Below, one piece after another: positions 53,680 through 64,000 of a DNA stretch of 64,000 nucleotides. The number at the start of each line of letters is the position of its first letter. Position 1 is the stretch's first letter. Origin of the DNA: Octopus vulgaris (Eukaryota); the NCBI GenBank assembly GCA_951406725.2, contig OX597821.1:6448001-6512000 (forward strand), read 5' to 3'. The notes below the pieces were generated by a model. The model did no database searches and had not been told where the DNA came from. It saw only the letters and a list, made by a program, of their open reading frames with translations. The position numbers and the translations under genes were made by a program.

Positions 53680-54125
53680 GCACCAAACTGGCAGAATCGT
53701 TTGCACCCTGGGCAAAATGCTTAGCGCCATTTTGTCTGTTCTAATTCCATCGAGGTCAACTTTGGTTTTCATTCTTTTGGGGTAGATAAATTAAATACCA
53801 GTGAAACACTTGGGTTGATGTAATCAACTGGTCCCCCTTCTTATTTCTTTATTGCCCACAAGGGGCTAAGCATAGAGGGGACAAAGGGATTAAGTCGATT
53901 ACATCGACCCCAGTGCGTAACTTGTACTTAATTTATCAACCCCGAAAGGATGAAAGGCAAAGTTAACCTTGGCGGAATTTGAACTCAGAATGTAACGCCA
54001 GACGAAATACCGCTTGGCATTTCGCCGGCCATGCTAATGTTTCTGCCAGCTTGCTGCCCTTCTACCAAATTTCTGGTCCCCCTTTCTACCAAATTTCAAG
54101 CCTTGTGCCTTTAATGGAAAGGATT
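53680..54125. mobile_element. SINE B (plus) with a second SINE B (minus, 53838-54058) nested in its 3' end
   Basis: Opposite-orientation family B copies; ctggtcccc(c)tt is duplicated at the junctions. Confidence 0.78.
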
Positions 54126-55052
54126 ATTCTCCAGTTTGAGATACAGAAGTTCTGTTAAAGGTTCCAGATCCAAGAGAAGTAGGGTAAGGTGACCAAGGAC
54201 ATTATCACAATACCTATTTAAGCAGTTGAAGCTCGTAAAGTACCGTATTTTAACTAATCAGTCTTTACCAGCGAGGAAAAAGAGACAACAAAATTTCAAA
54301 ATAAAATAAAAGCCCCACAGAAATTACTCAAAGATAAGAAGATAAATCAATCTTCAAATTCTTTCATTGCAATCTTTGATTGTGTGTGTTGTGTGTATGT
54401 GTGTGTGTGGGGAAGGTTAATATTGTTTTACTGTATTTAGTTTCACAATTCTCAACAAACCATCACATCACATCAAGATCAAAGTATTTCCTAATGTGTG
54501 TCTATGGCCCTTGTTCTTTCATTCTTTCTTTCTTTCTTTAAATTTTTTCCTCTTGCTAAAGAGGAGATCAAAGATTTCTACTCCTTGAACCTTTGTGTTT
54601 AATCAATAAGGTGAGATAGATTCCAAGTGAGCTTGACTGTATGTATGCATGTATATTTATGTATGTGTGTGTATGTGTGAGTACATGCATGCATGAGCGT
54701 GTGAGTATGTGTGTGTGTGTGTAGGTAACAATTTGATATGTGAAAACAAGAAATAAAATCAATGATTTGTAAAGTTTTATTGTTGCTTTTTTCTTCTTGT
54801 AGAAAGAAAAAAATATTTGGAAATTTTCCTTTACTTTTAAATCAATAGATTCCAAAGTTAGAGGGGGAAATGTGACCGTGGATTTGTGGTATTTTGTCCA
54901 AGATTTTAAAGGAAAATTAGATTGCTGATTTTAAAGATATTTCTGGTTGATGGGTGGTGTTAAATTATTTAAGATATGGTCACAGGTTCAAATCTTGCAA
55001 CAGTAGGCTATTACAGTCATTATGAAAAATGTATTTTATTACAGATATACAT

Positions 55053-55432
55053 AGGCATGTTTGTGTGGGGAGAAGCTTATTTCCCAACCACATGGTTCTG
55101 GGTTCAGTCCCACTGCATGGCACTTTGGGCAGATGTTTTCTACTATAGCCTCAGGCTAACTAAAACCTTGTGAGTGGTTTCGTAGGCACAAACTGAAGAA
55201 AGGTGTCATATATGTATGTGTGTGTGTGTGTATGTTTGTCCTCTACCACCACTTGACAACCAGTGTTGGTATGTTTGTGTCCCTGTAACTTAGTGGTTAG
55301 GCAAAAAGAGACTGATAGAATAAGTATCGGGCTTTAAAAAAATAAGTTCTGGGATCGATTCATTTCACTAAAAACTCTTCAAGGTGGTGCCCCAGCATGG
55401 CCACAGTCTAATGACTAAAACAAGTAAATAAT
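55053..55432 (+). mobile_element. SINE family A
   Basis: Family A homology. Confidence 0.8.
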
Positions 55433-55628
55433 AAAAGGTGTGTGTGCGTGTATGCGTGCACACATGTATGTGCGCATATGTGTGTGTGTATGTGTATGCG
55501 TGCATACGCGTGTGTGTGTGTGGATTTATTGCTATTATTTCAAAGTTATTACAAGCTAATTTGAGTAGTAGGTGTCTTCTATATAGCCCCAGGACAATTA
55601 ATGAGTGAATTTGGTTGATAGAAACTGT

Positions 55629-55860
55629 GGCGAGCTGGCAGAAACATTAGCACGCCAGGTGAAATGCTTAGCAGTATTTCATCTGCCGTTACGTTCTGAG
55701 TTCAAATTCCGCCGAGGTCGACTTTCCCTTTCATCCTTTCAGAGTCGATAAATTATGTACCAGTTACGCACTGGGGTCGATGTAATCGACCTAATCCCTT
55801 TGTCTGTCCTTGTTTGTCCCATCTCTGTGTAGCCCCTTGTGGGCAGCAAAGAAATAAGAA
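55629..55860 (+). mobile_element. SINE family B with TSD agaaactgtg
   Basis: Full family B copy with a 10-bp direct repeat on both sides; followed by a minus-strand B variant at 55875-56030. Confidence 0.88.
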
Positions 55861-56153
55861 ACTGTGTGGAAGTCTTTTCTACTCTAGGTACAAGGCCAGA
55901 AATTTTTGAGGTGGTGGGTAGTCAGTCGAGTAGATGGACCCCAGTATGCAACTGGTGCTTAATTTATCAACCCTGAAAGGATGAAAGGCAAAGTCAACTC
56001 CGGTGGAATTTGGACTCAGAACATAAAGAAAATGTGGAAGTCTGTCCTGTATATACATACATATAATTAATAATATCAGGGTAATGAAGATTTTAGAAAT
56101 TTTTACTACCTGTGGCCCAGCATGTAGAAAAATTAGTCAATAGACTATATAGG

Positions 56154-56476
56154 AGCACTCTGTCGGTTACGGCGACGAGGGTCGCAGCTGATACAATCAA
56201 CAGAACAGCCTGCTCATGAAATTAACGTGCATGTGGCTGAGCAATCCACAGTCACATGTACCCCTAACGTAGTTCTCAGGGAGATTCAGTGTGACACAGA
56301 GTGTGACAAGACCAGCCCTTTGAAGTACAGGTGCAACTCATTTTTGCCAGCTGAGTGGACTGGAGCAATGTGAAATAAAGTGTCTTGCTCAAGGACACAA
56401 TGCGTTGCCTGGAATCGAACTCACAACCTTATAATCATGAGCCGAATGCCCTCACCACTAAGCCACGCACCTTCAC
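56154..56476 (-). mobile_element. SINE family D
   Basis: Full-length match; caatagactatat(a) is repeated on both flanks (TSD-like). Confidence 0.85.
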
Positions 56477-56904
56477 AATAGACTATATATTATTCATATA
56501 GATACAGTGTACATTTAAACACATAAGAGTTATCCATCATAGGATTCCTTTCATGCTAGAAGCAACAGCTGTTCCTTCTATGTGTTTAAATGTACACTGT
56601 ATTTATATACATACATGTATATATGTTTGTGTGTCTTTGTGTTCAACAACCACTGTTCATTTATTCACACCCCCATACATTGGTGATCAGCTAAAATGAG
56701 TACTGGGGTTGACTTCATCAACTAAACCCTTCAAGGTGGTGCTCCAGCATGGCTGAAACAAATAATCCTTGAAGGTGGTGCTCCAGCATGACAGAAACAA
56801 GTAAAAGATGAAAGCTAAAGTGAGGACTCATGATACTTAGTCAGTAGACAAGAGTGGTTATAATGATGTGGTGTTGCTTCTAAATTCACAGATTTCCAGA
56901 TAAT

Positions 56905-57278
56905 ATCCTTTCTATTATAGGCACAAAGCCTGAAATTTAATTTTGGGGCTGGGGACTAGTAGATTACATTGACCCCAGTGTTTAACCGGTACTTATTTTA
57001 TCGACCCCAAAATGATGAAAAATGAAGTCAACCTTGGTGGAATTTGAACTCAGAGTGTAAGGACAGATGAAATACTGGTAAGCATTTTGCCTGGTGTGCT
57101 AACAATTCTGCCGGCTCCCTGCCTTGAATAAAGGGTTACTCATTCTTGCCAGTTGAGTGAACTGGAGCAATGTGAAATAAAGTTTCTTGCTCAAGAGTAC
57201 AATGCACCACTGGTAATTGAACTCATGGCCTTACAATCGTGAGCCAAACACTCAGACCACTTAGCAATGTGCCTTCAC
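56905..57278 (-). mobile_element. SINE B variant adjacent to a SINE D/F head fragment
   Basis: Family B core at 56905-57125 and a D-type head at 57135-57278. Confidence 0.7.
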
Positions 57279-57932
57279 CAGTTTCCAGATTATATCATTA
57301 ATATAACATGCTTTCATTTAGCAGTTCACTTTCAGTCTATTCTTATTTAGAACTGTGCATTTTTACGTATTCTGGTTGTGGGGCTCTTGTTATCTTCCTG
57401 TACTCAGGGCTAAAATTGTTAATTTGGGAAACACGTTTGTTTCTCCAAAAAGCTCCTCAAACCACAATAAGGTTCAGTGGTATTTTCACAAATCAAAAAT
57501 GTAGCTGATGGTATATTTGAACCTAAATTAATAGGATTAACAAATAAGGGCAGTTTTAAAATAAGGGTCTAGCAATTCTCCTGGTAAAGGATTATTTCTC
57601 TAAGGGAACATTAGTTTTCTTTGTTACCTTGAGTGTCAAGAAGTTGAGCTATTGATTATGCTCTGGGGATTAAGAAGTTGCTTTCTAATTAAAATGAAGT
57701 CTATTGTTTAATTGCATTCATTGAAGATTAATTTCACTACTTAAATCTAACATTACACACATGTGTTTGTGTATATATGTGTGTGGATGTGTATATGCTT
57801 TGTTTGGGTTTATTGCATTTAATAAAGAAATGGTTTCAAGTATATTATTCATTCTTCTTTTGTCTTTCTCCTATTCAATAAAATGACATGCGTGTATGTG
57901 TGTGTTCATGTGTATATGTAGATATATGTGTG

Positions 57933-57966
<34 letters not shown>

Positions 57967-59049
57967 TGTATGTATGTATGTATGTATGTATGTATTTATT
58001 GCATGCATGTATGTATGTATGTATTTATTGCATGCATGTATATGTGTATGTATATATATGTGTATGTCTATATATATATATATATATAAATATATATACA
58101 GGGTGGAAATATCCGGACTGTGTGTGTGTGTATATATATATATATATTTATATATATACACACACACACACAAATTGACAAAAACATCAAACAGAAAATT
58201 CATAGCTTATTCCTCATCAGTCAATGTTGTAAAAAGTATTACAATTTCGCATATATCTATATATCTATATATCTATATATACATCAACTCACATATATAT
58301 ATATTCTCACACGCACACATATACAGGGTGTCCCTAATATATGTGTACACACATTGCTTCATTATACAGTCAATCGTTATTAAAATATGTTTCGTTTTCC
58401 AAATTTAATAGAATCTGCCAACAGTATTTGCAGATTGGTACTTAATTATTTTGGAAAACCTAAAAGAAGGAAAAATAAAGTTGACTTTGGCTTGTTTTGA
58501 ACAAGAATTAGGAGACTTAAACTAGGGCACCCTTCAACTGAATGTGTATAGGGTTGAGAGATATGAGAATCTAATAAAGGGCCAGAAGCAGGTATCTTAC
58601 TGAGGAGATATGGCTTCCTCATTTGGAAAGAGCAACAGAGATGTGAGGTCAAGGCACTGAAATTTGCACTGACAAGACTACTTGTATATCTAATCTTAGT
58701 TACTTATATTTCTTCTCCATTCACCAAAGTGTTGGTCGAATTTAAAAACATTTAAAAAAGCCATCTGAATTTTATTAAACAGAACAATTTGCTTGACTTC
58801 TTTTCAATCGTCACAGCACCACTCCACTCAGGACACCCACCGAGAAACACTACCTGATAGTAAACCTATGCCAACAAGGGAATTTCTAATGGTTGATTTG
58901 ACTTGTTAGAAACAGCAGATAAATCTACCCCAAATTACAATATGGTGAAATAAATTGTTGAAATGGATACCAAAGATACTTTGCTCCCTGTAGAAACTGC
59001 AGGAACTCTTTGAGAAGAAAAAATGGAAAGAAGGCATTATCTTTTATCT

Positions 59050-59438
59050 TTGGTCATGCTGGGGTACAGCCTTGAAGGATTTTTAGTCAAATGAATTGGC
59101 TCCAGTACTTATTTTTTAAGCCTGGTACTTATTCTATTGATTTCTTTTGCCGAACTGCTAAGTTATGGGGACATAAACAAACCAACACCAGTCGTCGAGT
59201 GATGGCGGGACAAACACAGACACAAAGATACACACACACAAGCACACACACATACACACACACATGTATATGTATAGATACGACAGGCTTCTTTCAGTTC
59301 CCATCTCACAAATCCACTCACAAGGCTTTGGTTGGCCTGAAGTTTTATTAGAAGACACTTGCCCAAGGTGCCATGCAGTGGGACTGTACCCAGAACCATG
59401 TGGTTGGGAGGCAAGCATCTTACCACACAGCTATCCCT
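59050..59438 (-). mobile_element. SINE family A
   Basis: Family A homology. Confidence 0.8.
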
Positions 59439-60901
59439 GCACCTGGTATTAAGCTACATTATGTACATAGATATAATGGCCACAGCTGGAATGTCTTTGA
59501 TCATAGGCCTGCTGGATCAAGGCTGACTTGGGTTCATAAAAAACAACATAAATAAATGAATAAATAAAGTTAACCTTGTCAAGATAATTAAGTGAAGTCA
59601 TCAAAGATATCAGGTGTATCCCACCAACACAAACCCCCCACAGGGAGCCAATGTGACTGTGATTGCTTTTAAAAGGAAACTGTTCCCTTCTAAGATGTCA
59701 ATAACGGTTGTGTGTTTTAAGATGTGGTTAGGTTTACTTGCAATGTATTTCACTTCTCATCTGCCCCACCCTGGGATGTAGCAAGGTGGTGGTAGTTCTG
59801 ACAGGACTATGTCAGAATGGTGGTAGCGGAGGTGATAGTGATGGTGGTAGTGGTGATGGTTGTATTGATGTATTAGTGAAGGTCAGTGGTGGTGCTGGTG
59901 GTGGTGGTGTTTATGGTAGGGTGATGGTAATGTTATATTGGTGAATATATATTATAATGATGATGATGATGATGATGATGACAATGGAGGTGGTGGTGAT
60001 CATTTTGTGTTGTTTAGCCCTAGGATTAATCCTAATCAAGGAGACTTATGATCAAAGGCATTCCATCCATGACAATTCCCTCTCTTATCTACAGAGAAGC
60101 CAGGATCATATCATATTGTATTATATCATGCAAAACATCCTTTTCTAAGACAGTAGTGTGTGATTTTTTAGGAAGATTTGATTGCTATTTCTAGCTCACA
60201 GAATCCTATTTGGTGATTTGAAGCACTTGTAGTTTAATGGGGTGTTGATGATGGTGGTGGTGATGGAGGTGATGCTTGAGTAGTGTGGTGACAGTGGTGG
60301 TGGTGACAGTGTTGAAATAGTGTCATTGAGGTGCTACTAGTGTTAAAGGAAGATATAAACTACAAATACACGTTTGTTTGTTTTTTAAGCTGTTTTGTAT
60401 TTTTTCGGTGTATTGAGCTGGTTCATTACAATCTCCTTTTCTTGCCATGATTTATATATAGTGTGAATATGTGTGTATGTTTGTGTAGGCAAACATGAGA
60501 ATATATATATGTGAGTGTGTGTTTGTACATGTGAGGATATATATATATATATAATATGTGGATAGGTGTGTATATGTATTTCTATTTGTGTAGGTAGGTA
60601 GATTGATGTATACATATATTTGTGTAGGTAGGTGTATATCATGACTGTAAGTTTTTGTGTAGGGAAGTAGGATTGTATGCAGATGAGAAGGTAGGAAGAT
60701 GTGTACATATGTAGGCATGGAGGGTGTGTGTGTATGTAGGAGGGTTGATGTGTACATCTGTGTAGTTAGGTGGGTTTGTATGTGGGTGTTTAGGTGTGTG
60801 TTTGTGCTGGTAGATATGTATATGTCCATACACATGTGCATGGGGTACATATTGTGCTTGTGTGTGTGTATGTGTGCGTATGTACATGTATGTGTCTATA
60901 T

Positions 60902-60978
<77 letters not shown>

Positions 60979-61429
60979 TACCTATGTATATAAACTTTGT
61001 AAGTATGGATATGTTTATATCAAGAATGAACACAGTATTTACATGTCAACCTGCTCTGGTCTATGACAGGTTACTCTCTAGGAGAGCTAATGGAAAATAA
61101 AAAAATAATAATAAAAATAATTTTAAAAAATCTCGTTAAACCCCCATATGGAAAATTCTTTGTTAGTTTTGTTCCTTTTAATTTTCTTTTGGTTTTCTTT
61201 TACTCTTCTATCTCCCTTCCTATTTTCCTTTATTTTTCATTGCTTCCATTATTTTCTTATTCTTCCCTCTCTCCGCCTCTCTATTTATGGGTGTAAGCAT
61301 ATTTCTTTTTATGCAGATGAGGAGAGGGAAACTGTTTGTGTCAATTGTGTTCAATTAAGAAATTGTAATCTCTCTCTTTTTCTCTCTCATTCACTCTTTC
61401 CATCTGTATATGAATAATTCCAAGCGCGC

Positions 61430-61471
<42 letters not shown>

Positions 61472-61674
61472 TGTGCCAAAAAGTACTTTTGCCAAAACAG
61501 GTTCAATATCCTTTCAGCCATACCAAATTACTATGCCAGATCATTTCATTCTGACCATCAACAAGCTGGTATTTTATTCATCAACTTTGAAAGGAAAAAA
61601 CAATTAAGTTGACCTTGATGGGATTTGAACTCTGTGCAGTGTGTATGTGTGTGTGTGTGTGAAAGAGAGAGAGA

Positions 61675-61713
<39 letters not shown>

Positions 61714-62400
61714 TGGAACAAATACTGTAACATATTCTGTCTGATGCTTTAACAACTCTGCCACCAGAAATGCATTTGGTCTGAGTTTTGCTCAGTAAGG
61801 ATTGACCAGAAGTTAACAACAATAACAACAGCAGCAGCAGTCACAACAACACTTCAGCAGCAGCACCTTTCATTGGCTCGTACCTTGGTGTATAATCTTG
61901 TACAGTGTGTAAGTAGTGGCGCTGCAGATTAGACTCTTTCCTGACCTTCGTTTTAGGAAGCTTGTTAATCTCTAAGATGAATTAAAGATTTACTGTTTTG
62001 TACTCATAATCCTTCAGGTCTGTTAGAAGCTTGAATTAGACCATGGAGAAATTCTCGAGTTAACACAGGGGCCTTGAACCTTTCTTGACAGTCATCCTAT
62101 TTAGTTCCATATTTAAAAGAAAAACAGTTTATTAATTCACCTCATTTATTTATCTTTTAATCTGTTATTTTTTTTACTTGTTTCAGTCAATAGACTGTGA
62201 CTAAGCTGGGGATTTATCATGAAGAAATCAGTTGATCAAATTGATCCCAGTACATATATTTGAGGTCTTCTGCTTATTTTGTCAGTCTCTTTTTGCCAAG
62301 TTGCTAAGTTATAGGGATTATAACAAAACTAACAAAACATCACCAGTTGTTGATGAGAGATAAACACAAACACAAAGATGTCTACACACACACACACGTG

Positions 62401-62431
<31 letters not shown>

Positions 62432-62433
62432 GT

Positions 62434-62468
<35 letters not shown>

Positions 62469-62581
62469 AATTTTCCAATGGGCCCTTCCTCACCTTCAAG
62501 GTTTTTGTAAGGCCAATCTATTTCAATAAATTTTGAAATCAGTTCATTAGCCCTCTTTTTCCTGTACTATCACTGTGAACC

Positions 62582-62977
62582 CAGGGCCTTGCTACGCCTC
62601 TGCAACCCCTGCAGTCACAGGGGGCCCTCCATGGTTGAGGGGCCTCATGTTATGATCAAAGTATGTAGATGAGTCATCTATTTACTTTGGTTAAGATGTT
62701 GAATATAAATTAAACTATCAATGCTAACTGAAAATTTCAAGAAAGAAAATGGTAATTCATTGTACCTGCAAAAATTCTTGTCAAAATATTACATTCTACC
62801 ACGAACGTCCCTACCTAAATATGTTCTTTAGGATAACGTGAAATTTTGAATTTCAGACAGAATAAAGTAAAATATAGCTATGAATAAAAGGTGTGTAGAT
62901 TATGAATTTTGATTGAAAGGATGGGGTCTCAAAACAAAAAGTTGCAAGGGTTCTCTAAAAGTCATGCAATGTGCCTG
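62582..62977. mobile_element. hAT-like MITE
   Basis: Ends cagggccttgc ... gcaatgtgcctg; flanking 8-mers tgtgaacc / cgtgaacc (7/8) fit an 8-bp TSD. Confidence 0.65.
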
Positions 62978-63055
62978 CGTGAACCACCCCAATGATTTCC
63001 AAACATGGGTTTTTGGGCCCCCAAGGTGTGGATCACTGTTCTAGGTACTGCTAAA

Positions 63056-63475
63056 TCTCTTTACTCTTTTAGTCTTTTACTTGTTTCAGTCATTTGACTG
63101 TGGCCATGCTGGAGCAAATCGATCCCAGGACTCATTCTTTGTATGCCTAGTACTTATTCTATCGATCTCTTTTGCCAAACCACTAAGTTACTGGTCGTAA
63201 ACACACCAGAATCGGTTGTCAAGCGATGTTGGGGAGACAAATACAGACACAAAAACGTGTACACACACACACACACATACACACACACACATACATATAT
63301 GTATGCATATATACGATAGGCTTCTTTCAGTTTCCGTTTACCAAATCCACTCACAAGGCTTTGGTCAGCTCAAGGCTACAGTAGAAGACACGTACTCAAG
63401 GTGCCACGCAGTGGGACTGAACCCAGATCCATGTGATTTGTAAGCAAGCTACATACCACACAGCCACTCCTGCGC
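63056..63475 (-). mobile_element. SINE family A (full length)
   Basis: Family A homology. Confidence 0.87.
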
Positions 63476-63877
63476 ATGAAAATTATTTAGTCAAGACTGT
63501 TGGAAAGGGTGTCAGTTGGAAAGTCCTTGTCCATTGCTTCGCTCCAGGTCAGTGTGACCTAGAGCCAAGCAATAACAACAACAACAACAACAACAACAGC
63601 AGTGACGACAACGAAAATCAATTCTACTATGAACCACAAATGGATTCTCTATGTGGTTGCTCTCCCTGCTGGAAATAGCAGCCAGATTGCCTTCAAAATC
63701 ACAGCTCCTGGCTTCCTTACATACTGGTAAAAGATGGGCTGGTCATGGTTAGAATGCTTTTGATCATAAGTTTGCTTGACCAGAAATGGCCTTAGGGATG
63801 AGGTGGGATAAACAATAGCAACAACGACATGGACAACAACATAAGCCAACAAATAAGCTTCTGTATGGTTGTGCAAG

Positions 63878-64000
63878 TGGAGGCGCAATGGCCCAGTGGT
63901 TAGGGCAGTGGACTCACAGTCGGAGGATCGTGGTTTTGATTCCCAGACCAGGCGTTGTGTGTGTTTATTGAGGGAAAACAACTAAAAAGCTCTGCAAGAC
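63878..64000 (+). mobile_element. SINE family C 5' part (runs off the window)
   Basis: Matches 29551-29670. Confidence 0.85.

Noticed and set aside
54562-54610. Possible 49-nt plus-strand exon (aag|...aag|gtgaga)
   Set aside because: Weak AAG acceptor, unrecognisable peptide and no supporting context.
61885-61972. Possible minus-strand exon (EINKLPKTKVRKESNLQRHYLHTVQDYTP)
   Set aside because: Splice-like ends exist, but there is no recognisable homology; within chance expectation for 64 kb.

Overview
Repeat-dominated, AT-rich eukaryotic DNA with very dense microsatellites. The SINE/LINE repertoire looks like a coleoid cephalopod (octopus-like) genome; this is my recognition, not a database match. 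There is no complete conventional gene, and almost all ORF-track entries are microsatellite or SINE artefacts. The window holds a young but disabled RTE-clade LINE (1-1933, minus strand) whose RT carries an in-frame PHD-type finger, many RTE 3'-tail fragments, at least six tRNA-derived SINE families (my labels A-D, F, G) and a tRNA-Asp pseudogene fused to an RTE tail. It also holds DD37D (maT) and mariner transposase relics, hAT, Tigger-like and mariner-type MITEs, a non-autonomous Helitron and a CRE-like endonuclease relic. Two signals stand out. (1) A tRNA-headed short element (family G, 6 segments, 5 with a ribozyme motif) ends in a minimal type-I hammerhead ribozyme and occurs as head-to-head inverted pairs, one bounded by a 12-bp TSD, which suggests Penelope-like mobilisation; two further unrelated hammerhead-like motifs cluster at 33.7-34.1 kb. 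(2) A candidate recursive-splice-type microexon (AG|GTAAGT...ATGG|GT, 28496-28527) would supply the start codon for a 59-aa MG-x4-C peptide encoded at 35742-35917.
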